NCBI GenBank assembly: GCA_964016885.1
Contig: OZ024748.1
Location: 58,962,001-59,026,000, forward strand
DNA length: 64,000 nt
Reading direction: 5' to 3'
Source of the DNA: Eledone cirrhosa
Lineage: Eukaryota
Shown here piece by piece: positions 12,461 through 25,065 of this stretch. Position 1 is the stretch's first letter. Each line of letters starts with the position of its first letter. The notes under the pieces were generated by a model. That model ran no database searches. It was not told the origin of the DNA and saw only the letters and a list, made by a program, of their open reading frames with translations. The position numbers and the translations under genes are program-made.

Positions 12461-12715
12461 CATTCTCAAAATAAAATATCAAAATCTCATAGATTCGATA
12501 TGATGTGAGATAAATATATAAGATAAAGCCTTTACCGTGAAAATATAATAGTAAATAGGGAGTAATGTAAATGTTAGAGGATGATATACATTTGAACTCC
12601 CACCCGTCTTCCCGTTGTCTGTATACGAACTGATGACAACTATGTCAATGTTTGAAGTGTGAGCTGTGGTAGGAGAAAATCAATACTGACTTGTTAATGG
12701 TAGCGATCGTAGAGT

Positions 12716-12980
12716 TGCGAGGTTTAGTGGTAAGTGTGTTGGACCTACGATCATAATATCGTGGATTCGATTCCTGGACAAAGCTGTGTTGTATTCTTGA
12801 GCAAAACACTTCATTTCATTATATTCCAGTATACTAAGCTGAGAATGAGTGCCAGCAGTAGCTAGAGTGTTTAACCCTGCGATGGACTGCGCCCTCTCCA
12901 AGGGCGAGTCTTATACTGTCATCCACTTCACGCTATGGAAACCGGGATAAGTACAGGTCTGATAGGCCTCCCGCCTCGCG
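12716..12980 (+). mobile_element. Second SINE family (tRNA head, V-domain-like body)
   Basis: GGTTTAGTGG..GATTCGATTCC head; TTGAGCAAAACACTT; AACCCTGCGATGGACTG..GGAAACCGGGATAAG; homolog at 52655-52955, fragments at ~9690-9860 (-), ~20400-20570 (-), 38745-38860. Confidence 0.7.
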
Positions 12981-13939
12981 ACACATTTGGACTACATGGT
13001 ACTCTGCTTCAGTGAATTATTTTGTACTAGCAAAGATACATTTTTTTTTCCATTAACATTTCCAGAAAAAAAATTCTAACAAATTTGTAGACCAGATGTT
13101 CTGAACTAAGAGAGAGAAATCCCTATTTAACACCACATGGGGAAAGGGAATTCTCATTTTGCTTTCTGTTTTGCACAGTTTTTCCTTAACCACCACAACC
13201 GGGAAATAGAAAGGTTTGCTGAAGAGTTCATAGACTGACCAAGATACTCTCATGGAATAACCACATGAGGTTTATTTTCAACATAGTCCCTGGAAAGAAG
13301 AGTTGAAATTAATTCAGGCAAAATTTCACAGCTCTAGCATCATTCCTTCATAGTCAGTTCATGAATGTTTCAGCCAAGCCTCGTAAAATAAATAGAATAA
13401 AATAAGAAAAATTCGACTTAAGCAGTCTATACAACGAACCATTTCAAGTTGATGTAAATATTTATTTTTCTGATATATTAAATTTGTGGATCTAAATAAT
13501 TTCTATGAAACTGGACGAAAATCGTATTAATTCTCTAAAAATAATATATATAAAATTTCATTTTGTAATTTATTTTCATAAAGACGGCACCTTTCAGACA
13601 TAAACTACTTTTAGATACACCAGATCTGTTCAAATTACACCATTAATCAAAAAGTTTAACCCACTTCAATATTTTCATTTTCGTCGTCAAAGAGTTATGA
13701 AGCGACTTGAGTTCCATATCGTGTCTCAGATTACGAATGATTATTATCCTGAGACATATGTTAATGTGATACCGGAAATATTTATTTTTGCATCGACTTG
13801 AAAGGGTCTTGGTATGTCGTAGAATAGAATTTCCCAAAACTGTTTCAGAATTTTAGAGAATATATTTTACCATCGTTCACTCCCCGAAAATAAATTATAT
13901 ATTTGGGCCAGATCTTCGGTTTTAAGGTACCTTTCCTTT

Positions 13940-14200
13940 GTCTTCTTCGCTCCCTTATTCCTAGAGGGTCGTGAGGGTAGTGTCCTCAAATACTCTCTCC
14001 AGCGGGTCCTGTCAGAAGCAACCGTCTCCATCTGCTCTGACTGGATCTCTAAGCGTGACCAGCCAAGATCCTGGATGTTATCCAACCATCTTGCTCGGTG
14101 TCTACCCCTGTGTCTCCTATCTGTTGGTTTTGCTCGTAAAATCTGTCCAGTGGTTCTTTCCTGAAACATTCTAACCACATGTCTGACGAGACTCCGGACT
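13940..14200 (-). pseudogene. RTE-type LINE ORF C-terminal fragment
   Basis: Translation ..RHVVRM..RRHRGRHRARWLDNI..DRTRWR resembles the RTE C-terminal GHxxRM..RGRPxxRW..DRxxWR pattern. Confidence 0.7.
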
Positions 14201-15084
14201 CTGTAGTTTTTATCAGATAGGAAAGGACAAACATACAACAAAGATTTCCAGTTTTACCCAACCCATATATTTTTATATCTAAGTCTACAATATCTACTGG
14301 GTTACTACCATTTTCAGAGAGATTTGGCTGTAATTTCTAGCAGGCGAAGCGACTATGTAGAAACTGATTTATATAAGTTTAACTGATCTCTTATGGGGAT
14401 GCATCTCATGATAGGTAGATCGGATGTTTCATGATAGGCATCCCAACCCTAGCAGGTAAAAAGTAACTTAAAATGAAACGTCTTGCGCTGCAATGTCCAG
14501 GAATCGAACCCCCAGGTTTTGGATTACACATTATACACTCTAACATAACCTCAAGGCTACACGTCTTTTTAAACACCTTCTTTGGCTTGTTTAATGCATT
14601 ATTTTATTTCTCATGTACGTCTTTGGCTTGTTAATACATTATTCTGACATACATGTATTTTTGAAAAGTGTTTGTCCTCTGAATAGCTTGACGTCAGAAT
14701 AGAGTGACCCATTCTAATAAAAAAACATTACGTCAAATGAAATCATTGTGAGTATTTTCTGCTTTTCTTTTTTTGGTGGGGGGTCTTTTCTTTTCATTTT
14801 TTCTTTCTTTTTTCCTTTCTTTTTTCCTTTCTTTTTTCCTTTCTTTTTTCCTTTCTTTTTTCTTTTTTTCTTTCTTTTTTCTTTCTTTTTTTTCTTTCAT
14901 TTTTTCTCTCTTTTTTTTGAGTTGAAATTAGTAGTGGCTTAACGACTTTAACAAATTTTAAGAGAAATAAGAAACATAATATTTTGGCATTCATGTATTT
15001 TTATTAACAGCTGAAGCTATATTTCAGAACACATGCACACATATTATACGGGTAGTTTAATTACGTATGTATGCATGTATGTTC

Positions 15085-15276
15085 TCTCTTCTCTCTCTCT
15101 CTCTTCTCTCTCCTCTCATCTCTCTCTCCTCTCATCTCTCTCTCTCCTCTCTCTCTTCTCTCTCTTCTATCTCTCTCTCTCTCTCTTTCTCTCTCTTCTC
15201 TCTCTCTCTCTCTTTCTTTCTCTCTCATCTCCTCTCTCTTATCCTATCTCTCTCCCCCCCCCCCTCTCTCTCTCTT
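15085..15276. repeat. (CT)n-rich tract
   Basis: Direct reading. Confidence 0.9.
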
Positions 15277-15294
15277 GAAATAGCAGGAAGAGGG

Positions 15295-15330
15295 TCTTAA
15301 CATTTCGGACGCCAGTCCTTCATCAGAAGA
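15295..15330 (-). ncRNA. Minimal type I hammerhead ribozyme motif
   Basis: Minus: TCTT CTGATGA a GGAC-tggc-GTCC GAAA tg T T AAGA. Confidence 0.7.
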
Positions 15331-15773
15331 AAGAATGCGAAATTAGATATAAACACAATGACATACGTAAACATGTTCTATGGTGCAACACAAATATACA
15401 CGAATTCACATACCTTTTGATGTTTATAGATATACACCTACCGACACGGACACATACACATACGCACACATGTATTGCGCATTGATGGGTGCATACATAT
15501 TTGCACACAAGTATCCCATACGGCAGGGCCTAATCGATTCCCCTTGCAGTAGTACAATCTGGACTCACACACGCCTTATGACAATACTATACATCATTTC
15601 ACCTCTTTTATTATTGATCTTATTGATGTTTTTTTGAGAGAATCGTTTTTGCAAATGACTGAAAATATCGAATAATGTACTCCATTTTTACCAGTACCAC
15701 AAAAATACTGGTCCACACACACACACACCACACACACACCACACACCACACACCACACACACACACCACACAC

Positions 15774-15841
<68 letters not shown>

Positions 15842-16789
15842 CTATACATAGGGTCGATAAAATGTCAATAGACTCTGTCAATGACATTTCAGTCTTAGGA
15901 GAACATTTTAACAGATGACCTGAAAAGTTAATTACTTTTAAATTCATGTTAGCAACGCTCTTTAACCTGAAGTGTATTAATTACCACTAATTATAGAGTG
16001 TATATATATATATATGTATATGCGCCTGTGTCTGTACATATGCATAGATATATACACACATGTACATAGATATATATTTATATATGCACACATACACGTG
16101 TATATATATGTGTATGTGTGTATATATGTTTATGTATATATATATATATATATATGTTTATGTATATATATATATATATATATGTTTATGTATATATATA
16201 TATATATATATATATGTTTATGTATATATATATATATATATATATGTTTATGTATGTATATATATATATGTTTATGTGTAATATATATTTGTGTATGATA
16301 AACGCATGAGAATCTAGGCTCATCTGTTGGTTTCATAGACACATGCGTACATACATACCTACACATACATATATGTAAGTATTCGCATACCACACAAATA
16401 TGTGTGTGTGTGAATCCAACTGCTAATTTGTATGTATGTATTACGTTTTAATTAATAAATAAATGTGTATAATCTCTGGAATCATTCTGTTGTAAGTATC
16501 AACATTCTTAATTGCATCATGTCTAAACCCCCGCCACCCTCTACTACACCATTCTTGTAAATCTGGATATAATGAATGCCAAATCTTTCACATGAGCTTA
16601 ACAATTTGGTTCCAAGCCTTTCTCCCTCACTACACTGTTCCCTCCTGCCGTGCCACTTGTCTGTAGAGACGTATTAAGCTGTAAGAGACACCATTTTGAA
16701 AAGGAAAAGAGAAAATGAAAAAAAGAAGCTTATGAAAAAATGGCTTTAGTTGAATATTTGCAACAATAGCCTGAGTTTGAAGTAGACAT

Positions 16790-17660
16790 TGAATGCTGCT
16801 GCAGTTGCTACAATACTGTTGCTGCTGATGATAGTGGTGGTAGTGGTGATGGTGGTGGTGGTGGTGGTGGTAGTGGTGCTGCAGTTGCTACACTGCTGTG
16901 AGTGTTGCTGGTGGTGGTGGTGGTGGTGGTTGTTATGGGTTAGTTACTGTTGGCGGTGGTGGCGATAGCTGTGCTGGCGGCGGCGGTGGTGGTGTTGGTG
17001 GTGGTGCATTTGCTACAGTGCTGCAACTGTTGCTGCTGTTGATGTTGCTGCTGGTAGTGGTTGTGGTTCAGTTGTTGTTGGTGGTGGTGGTGGCGGCGAT
17101 GGATGTGGTGGTGGTGGCGATGGATGTGGTGGTGGTAGTGATGGTGGCGATGGATGTGGTGGTGATGGTGATGGTGGTGATGTTTGTGCTGATGGTGTTG
17201 CTCGTGCTCCTGGCAGTCGAGCTAGTGTCGGTGGTAGTGGTGGTGGTGGTGGTGCTTATGCTGGTAGTAGAGGTGTTGGTGCTAGTGGTAGTGGATGTCG
17301 AGGTGGTGGCGACGGTTTTTCTGTTGCTGCTGTTGCTGCTGTTGTTCGTGGCAGTCGTGCTAGTGGTGGTGGTGTTGCTGCTACACTGCTGTTGTTACAT
17401 TGCTTCGACTGTTGCTGCTGCTGATGATGCTGGTGGTGGTTGTGGTAGTGATGACGGAGTTGCTGCTGCAGTTGTGGTGTTGGCGTTTGTGCTGTTTGTG
17501 TGTGTTTGGCGGGTGGTTTACTACGGTGCTGTTCTTGTTGATTGTTGTGGTCTGATTGTGATGATATTAATCATGAAAATGTTCTTCATGATGACGATGA
17601 TGATGATGACATTGATAATGCTTATAATGACGATATTGACGATGGTGATGGTAAATATGA
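16790..17660. repeat. Compound trinucleotide microsatellite (GGT/GCT/GTT/GAT)
   Basis: Direct reading; source of the 273-aa low-complexity ORF. Confidence 0.9.
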
Positions 17661-17856
17661 GGTTGACGCTAATTTGTATAAAAGCTAAAAGTACATCTTA
17701 TTCAGTATATTGTATGTAGGTTCATTAACGTTAGATTTGCTGTGTTGAAATGCACTCTAAGCTAAAATATGTGCAGTGATTAGTTGTACTATTATCTCTA
17801 TGCTGAATAAACACTCGGGGGTTTGGTTATGTATTTGTCTGCATTATTTATTAATT

Positions 17857-18039
17857 AGCGGTGGATTGTCAGTATCGGTAGAGGGTCTAACGCCATGCAT
17901 TGCAGCAAAGAGTTACGGCCCTTTATGATCTGAGTTCAAACCCCGCCGAGGTTAACTTTACCTCTCATCCTTACGGGGTCGATAAAATAAAGTACCAGTT
18001 ATACACTGGGATAATTGGCCTTGTGCCAAGAGTAGAAAC

Positions 18040-18070
<31 letters not shown>
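17857..18070 (+). mobile_element. Full-length tRNA-derived SINE with (ATT)n tail
   Basis: Head, B box, body, (ATT)n. Confidence 0.85.
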
Positions 18071-18905
18071 TTGCTTTGTTATTTTATCGATTTAATGGTC
18101 CTTAATCCGGATGGTAGCACTCGTGGGACCATAGGAGTGTCATCATCTCATAAGCAGGTAGCAAGTGTCAAGAGATTGTGTAGGAGGGGTATGGACTATG
18201 GTGGTCACTGAGTGTTTAAGAAGAACCATGATGTTTGTTAGAAATAATATATTTAAACAAAATACAATATTTATATTTCAGAATGAGAGAGAAGCAACGC
18301 GTTAACCGTCAGCTGAATTATGACTAATGATGCGCCAGTAATTAAAACTCTCTAGACATTCGTTTCAGTAGATTAATAAATCATTAAGTCGTCTGATTCT
18401 ATAGGAATTATAATAGTTATGTGTTATTATGGTCTTAGAGAGAACATCAATCACAACCACATACATCACACATCTATACATGTTCTTCCCCTCCCCCAAT
18501 GTATACACACTTCAACAGCATTCTAATAATTATTGTCTGTACAGGTAATTAAAGTGTGTATAAATATTTTGAGACACTCTGTGTGTGTATAATATACAAG
18601 GTGGACCATAATGCACCAGAATACTCAATACTTTGGGTAATAGGGTCCTGACTCTTCTCATCAATTTACTTTTTAACCGTTATTTACAGCTGTTTTCATT
18701 TTGACAGCATTCTGATCAAAAGTCTCTTTCTTCTTTTCTTCTCTTTCTTTTTCCTTTTTTCCTCTTCTTTCCTTTTCTTCTTCTTTCCTTTTCTTCTATT
18801 TTCCTATCTATTTCTTACTATATTATTAACACTTATATTTCTGTCATATGTAGACTTAGCACTTTCCTGTAAACAAGTGCTATTATACCTTATATCATGT
18901 TACCT

Positions 18906-18975
18906 TATTTTATCTGATGAGAACACAATTTTTATCCCAGGATGATTTTGTATTCGAAATGCGCATAATAAAATA
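18906..18975 (+). ncRNA. Type I hammerhead ribozyme, canonical core, family E
   Basis: TATTTTAT CTGATGA GAAcACAA..TTGTaTTC GAAA TGCGCA TA ATAAAATA: 8-bp stem I, G10.1-C11.1, palindromic stem III. Confidence 0.8.
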
Positions 18976-19059
18976 TATGGAACTCTCTTAACCTTCTTTT
19001 AATTTCTTCTTTATTATATATATATATATATATATAAATGTAATGAGTTTTTCGAATAT

Positions 19060-19420
19060 TAATAATAATATTCGATTCGTTTGCAATTATGCAAACAAGC
19101 CTCATTTTTAACGCCATGTCAGTAGAATGAACCCTTCCTTCTTGCTCTTGTATTGGCATGTAAACAGAACTGGAGACACTAATGTTTCTGGGTATTACCC
19201 TTCATCAGTACAGCTCACAGTTCACCTGCCAAACTGTCAGAGCTAGTGAAAATATATGCTATTTTCGAAAAGATACAGTGACTGACGGCCTGATTTGCAT
19301 ATTAGCAGACTGGCTGATCAGTCAGATCTGCATATTAGCTGATCCACTGATCAGCCAGATTTGCATATCAGCAGACTGGCCAGTCAATTTACGCGTGAAT
19401 TTACTATTATTACCATAATG
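19060..19420 (-). mobile_element. Short repeat with HHR-like core and three 33-bp octamer-bearing units
   Basis: Minus: CTGATGA a GGGT-aat-ACCC a GAAA at 19186-19208; ATTTGCAT at 19293 and 19359, ATCTGCAT at 19326. Confidence 0.5.
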
Positions 19421-19781
19421 AAACTGTGGAACAAAAGGTTTTGTTGGCTCATTTCTCAAGTTTGTTAAAGTCTAATTTCAGGGAGTTGAAACCCCCAAAT
19501 AACATGCGTTTGAACTTATCACGTTTATTGTGTAATCTACGATATACTCACGATTTTTTTTAAATAATCATGGTATTATATATATTTGTGGCATTGATTT
19601 CAAATCTACCATCAGTTCTGTCACATCATATTTAGTTTTATAGATACAACATAGCACCTTACATGCTGATATATCCGCCGAAATTAGGGTTCCCAGTTGG
19701 ACGTTATATTTTTTGGTGCCTCAAATATTTTTTCGTCTTATAATTCTTTTACTAGTAATAATTGGTATTTATTTATTTATA

Positions 19782-20126
19782 TCTCTATATATAAAACTGA
19801 GGATGTCTGTATGTGAGTTTGAATCCCTAAAACTCGAAGTACCCAACTGATTTTTTTTCAAAGTATACATGTGTATTACTTATGTTTCAGGGAGTGTTGT
19901 GAACATAAAAAAAATTCAACTTGTTGATCCCCTAGGGCCCGCATTAGGGAACAACTGCATTTTTCCTGCTTCATCGAGGAAAATCTTAAAGATTATCCAG
20001 CCATCAGAGTATTCGTTTTATTTTCTTTACATATTGTCCAGGCATGCATTTTTTCCACGATTAGGTCTGTTAGCGGCCCGCGTTCCAAAATACCTTACCC
20101 CGTGCAACGCCGGGTACCACTGCTAG
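19782..20126 (+). mobile_element. Non-autonomous Helitron (same family as 3398-4933, no PLE insert)
   Basis: A|TCTCTATATATAAAAC...CCCCGTGCAACGCCGGG..CTAG|T; 5' 170 bp align with reverse complement of 4085-4256. Confidence 0.8.
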
Positions 20127-21339
20127 TCATATATATAGTTGGTTTGTTCAATTAACTTGTCTTTGACTGAACGTAATATATATTGTAGTATTAAGACCCC
20201 ATTCAGTCACGAATAACCATAGATTTTGCACCTAGAAAGTTTCGCTCTCGGGCAAGGTGTTTTTGTGGTAGACCAGTAGTCGCCTATGCGACTCTTTAAG
20301 AGAAAGGAAAATACGATACAGCTTGGCACCAGTGTCATCACAACTTATATGCACTATATACAGTGTATATATACAATATATGATGCTGTTCAGGGGAAAG
20401 GCAATGGCTGGTGCAGCTTGGCACCAGTAACATCGCAACTCATTTCTTCAGCTGAGTGAAATAAAGTGTCTTGACCAAGGCCACAACGCATCACCCTGTC
20501 TGGAAATGGAACTCACCACCTCAAAATTGTGCACCCAACGCTTTAACCACTAAACCACGCTCCTTCGCATATTGTAGGATGTTTCTTATTAGATTCTAAT
20601 TTTAAGTTTATATCTTTCTAATTCATAATTCTTGGATTAATTTCGTTATTTAATTTGATTTAAGTGGACTTTAATTCCCCCTTCCATCCCTCTAGATATC
20701 CCATTAGATAAAGTGTATGCTTCAGATGGCAAATTTCCAATTTTACCGTGTACTAGGTTACAATTAGAATTATTATTACTACGTATAGGCACTCTAACTA
20801 TATTGCAGATACGAAAACTTGGATTTCTAACATTCTGGAGAATATACGTTATTTTACCCTAATATCTTGACTTTGTTAATGCCTCAGTGTAATAGTTAGT
20901 ATTCCACTTCGTTAGTTGACTCATTAGAAATTCTATTAAATACTCATTTCACTATCGAATAAATAATTGCTCTAGGGTCGTAAGTAGGTCTGTTGACATA
21001 ATAGGGATTTTAATAAAGTTTATGAGTTTAATTTCAATTTCTAGTGTTACATCTTTCTCTTTTTCTCATCTCTCTCTCCTCCTCCTTTCTCCCTTCTTCC
21101 CCCTCTCTCCCTCTCTATTCTCCCTCCCTCTCTCTTCCTCCCCCTCCCCTCCCTCTAAAATAGGGCACCAGTAAGGCACTGGGGTCCATTTAATAGGCTT
21201 TCCCGTCCCCCAAAATGACTGGCCTTATGCCTATAGTGGAAAGCATCCTTCCATATACTGTACCGATTGTTATTTCTGTTTACCTTTTACACACACATAC
21301 ACACATACACACACATACACACACATACACACATACATA

Positions 21340-21700
21340 TATATGTTTGTTTTTCAAGGTTTTTGATTTGAAATCGTGTATCGAAACAAATATTGTTATA
21401 TAATACTTGGGGAGGGTCATATTGTTATAAAATTACCAGAAATAATAACAGAACACACTCACTGTTTGGTTTGGGTTGGTTTTCGCTTCTGTGTATCTTT
21501 TATACCTCCACAGTTAATTTATTTGGCAATCAATGTTTATCATTGATTGACCAGCGGTTAAAAATGTAAATATATATATATATATATAGTATAGCAAAGT
21601 TCTTTCGTCGCACATCTGCGACATCATCAGTTGTACTATTATGTTTCCTCCCATTGTATTGTAAAGTTTACGCCATTTTTATGTTATTTATTTATTTATT
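21340..21700 (-). mobile_element. HHR-bearing repeat, family B, diverged copy
   Basis: Shares TGAAATCGTGT..ATATTGTTATA..GGGAGGGTCAT with 29558-30128; minus HHR 21587-21638 CTGATGA t GTCGCA-gatg-TGCGAC GAAA gaac TT. Confidence 0.7.
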
Positions 21701-21720
21701 TATTCTTGTCTCTGTGTGTG

Positions 21721-21751
<31 letters not shown>

Positions 21752-21755
<4 letters not shown>

Positions 21756-21907
21756 GAAAAAGTATAACCCCGGCGGTAGAGCTCAAGTCGTTTCGACGGC
21801 TATTTCTGGACCAGTCCAGAAATAGCCGTATTTCCCACTCTACTACCCTAAGTATTGTGTACTCTGGTGCGTTATGGTCCATCTGGTTCCTTACCACAAT
21901 TCCTTCG

Positions 21908-21910
<3 letters not shown>
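21752..21910. mobile_element. (TA)n-flanked short repeat, family C
   Basis: GGACCATAACGCACCA..GTACTCAATACTT and GAGCTCAAGCCGTTTCGACGGCT modules; further copies ~18598, 23710, 23849-24024, 29101-29324, 37945-38087, 40192-40314, 40370-40560, 43301-43483. Confidence 0.8.
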
Positions 21911-21944
<34 letters not shown>

Positions 21945-22629
21945 GTGTATATCGCACAATATCAACAATTGAAAATAGTGAAATGAAACATCGACGTCTA
22001 ATAACACAAAAAGTGTTATTAGTTTCACGCTTGTATGAAATAGAAAATGAAGCGTCTTGCAGAAATGAGACTAAGTGATGTTAGGAGAGAGAATATGTTA
22101 GACCCCCCCCCCCCCGCAAAAAAGGAGTTATGAGATCATTAAGGGGTGGGGGTGAAGTGGGAAAGACTGTATAAGTAAATTTATAACTGTATGAGTGTGC
22201 AGATACAGTAGCTACACACACATACACACACACACATACACACGCGCCCCCACACACACACATGCATGCATACGTGTGTATGTGAACCGTAATACATTTT
22301 TAAAATGTCTACTCTTTATGACATTATTTATCGCGGCTGCTGTTGATAAGTAATCAGAAAAAGATAAGTAATCAGAAAAATGATATATATTTAAATAGTC
22401 ATTAAATAAATTGTACTTTTATAATAATCTCATGCAATGCTTGAAAGGTGACACCTCTCATACACTAATGGGGACACAATTACTGTCCTTTGACCCTGTA
22501 TTGTTTTATTGTAGTCAAAATAAACTGAATTAACGCACGTTCTTGTGAAGGCGGAGGTAGAAGGGAATACAAAAGACGCAGTCTTCGATCAGGCAACATC
22601 TCTTATCTATCATATTAAAGCTTTTGTAT

Positions 22630-23180
22630 ATGGCGTGTAACGGCAGAACCGTTAGAACGTCGGAGAGAATGTTTTACGGTATTCGTGCTGGCTCTTTGCT
22701 CTCTCAGTTCAAATCTCACTGTCGTCAACTTTGCTTTTCACCCGTTCGAGGTCAATAAAAAAACTATCAGTCCAATAGTGGGGTCGATTCATTTCTATCT
22801 CTCTCTCTCACTACCACTCTCTCACTACCACTCTCTCACTATCTCTCTCTCACTGCCACTGTCTCACTTCCACTTTCTCACTACCACTCTCTCACTTCCA
22901 CTCTCTCACTTCCACTCTCTCACTTCCACTCTCTCACTTCCACTCTCTCTCACTTTCTCTCTCACTTTCACACTCTCTCTCACTTTCACACTCTCTCTCA
23001 CTTTCACACTCTCTCTCTCTCACTTCCACACTCTCTCTCTCTCACTTCCACACTCTCTCTCTCTCACTTCCACACTCTCTCTCTCTCACTTCCACACTCC
23101 CTCAAGTTCTATCTTTCGCTTGAAGAAACGTACTCGGGCCCTGAGAGGGCTGGGCTCTGCCAGTCTTTCAAAGAAGCCCT
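22630..23180 (+). mobile_element. tRNA-derived SINE with expanded CTCTCTCACTTCCA minisatellite before its tail
   Basis: Head/body 22630-22790, repeat 22800-23100, tail 23110-23180. Confidence 0.65.
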
Positions 23181-23384
23181 AGAAACGTTGTATCTCAATA
23201 GGGCGCCCCAACTCCTCCACCTCCAGGCGTTACTGTTTAATAGGTTGGGGATGGTGGGAAGCGGATGTTAAGACTGTGTGTATGAGAGGGACAGCGGAAG
23301 AGGGCGTTGCTGATAGCGATATCATCGATTTTATTTCTCAAATCCCACGTAACAAGATTTTATGGAAAAGAGACTGTGTGAGTT

Positions 23385-23700
23385 TGAGTGTGAGTCAATG
23401 TAAAATGTTTCATAAAATGCCAAATTGGTGCTAGTTAAAATAAATTGAATACGTTACAACTGCTTTCACAAGGGAGTTCTCTCCTCTTTGATATTCCAAA
23501 CATTCTACTATAATATAGTTGTCCACCACCTTCCACACACACACACGTGTGGAAGGTGGTGGACAACTATATTATAGTAGAATGTTTGGAATATCAAAGA
23601 GGAGAGAACTCCCTTGTGAAAGCAGTTGTAACGTATTCAATTTATTTTAACTAGCACCAATTTGGCATTTTATGAAACATTTTACATTGACTCACACTCA
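23385..23700. repeat. Perfect long inverted repeat, ~154-bp arms, (AC)4 spacer
   Basis: 23385-23538 is the reverse complement of 23547-23700 with no mismatch seen. Confidence 0.9.
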
Positions 23701-24021
23701 TACACATATGAAGGAGTCGGGACCCCGACGGCAGAGCTCAGCAGGACTCCTTTATATTACCACACTCTACTACCCCAATTATCGAGTACTTTGGTGAGTA
23801 ATAGTCTAACTAGTTTTTATTGCACCCATTTTGATATATATATATATATAGGAAAATGTTCAAGACCTCGACGGCTATTTCTGGTCCAGAAATCGCCGTC
23901 GAAACAGCTTGAGCTCTGCCGTCGGGCTCTTGAACGTTATCTTATTATCCACTCTACTACCCAAAGTATTGAGTACTCTGGTGCGTTATGGTCCACCTGG
24001 TTCCTTAACACACTTCCTTCG

Positions 24022-24057
<36 letters not shown>

Positions 24058-24499
24058 GAATATAAAAGAGAGTTAGACACAGATATACGAGTAAACATAT
24101 ATGTGTTCAAATCGTAAAGGACCAGATTCGCTAGAGTGAAAAAAATGTTAACTATTAACAATATCGTTTGCCAGACTCTATTTAAAATAATAAATCAAGA
24201 AAAGAAATATAAACCTTTTTTGAGTTTCTAACTCAACATATACCTTTGATATATTTGTATATAATCGTATTTATTTTCTTGATTTATTCTTAAATTGTGT
24301 CTGACAAACCCTATTGTCTATAGTTAGTATTATTTTCATCTTAGCGAATCTGGTCCCTTACAATTTGAACACATATATGTATATATCTGTGTTCGTTTTT
24401 CTTTTATATTCAATTATAATATACGGCTCGGAAAAACTCTTTCCTAGAGCTATTTTATTGTAAGAGACTATTTTGAGTTTCTAACTCAATATATACCTT

Positions 24500-24536
<37 letters not shown>

Positions 24537-24869
24537 GTCTGTAGTGGTTGTCTTCTCAATACAAAGCTTGACCACTATACTGCACATGATGTTCAGTTCT
24601 GGCGTGAGATCTTATGAGTCTTTTTAGACCAGACATTCTTTTAAAAAACCGACCACATAAATTGCATATCGGTTTTAGTGCAGCTTGGATTGTTTATCTT
24701 GATGAACCTTTAGACCTCCTTGAGATTTGCAGATCTTGTGGCATTGATAAGGGTAAACATGTTTGTATATTCTATAGTCGTATATATGTATATGTATGTA
24801 TGATATCTATGGTCCTATAACTCCCGATGGAGTCGTAGTGGCGCCGCATTGCGATACGGTTTTTCTTGG

Positions 24870-25065
24870 TTAATCTAAGCTTGGCAGAGCCCATCCGTCT
24901 CCGAGTCTGAAGTACAGCAGATTTCTTCCAGACGGAGAAGAAAAGGAAAAGAGATATAGAAGAAGAATTGACCCTAGTACTAGACTGGTACTTTTTTTTT
25001 ATCGACCTCGAAAGGATGAAAGGCAAAGTTGACCTCGGCGGTATTTGAACTTAGAAAGCAGAGAG
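24870..25065 (-). mobile_element. tRNA-derived SINE with tail
   Basis: Reverse complement of body and TCTGGAAGAAATCTG tail. Confidence 0.75.

Noticed and set aside
16898-17719. 273-aa hydrophobic poly-V/G/L ORF
   Set aside because: Trinucleotide microsatellite; no domain signal.
18345-18445. Minus-strand GAAACGAATGTC with CTCTCTA/TAGAGAG pairing
   Set aside because: Core not adjacent to stem I; could be chance in AT-rich DNA.
23140-23195. CTGAGA..GAAACGTT hammerhead-like string
   Set aside because: Core lacks a base, no stem I, and the region is homologous to SINE tails without the motif.
23588-23640. HHR inside the perfect palindrome
   Set aside because: TCAAAGA core and no valid stem III/UH.
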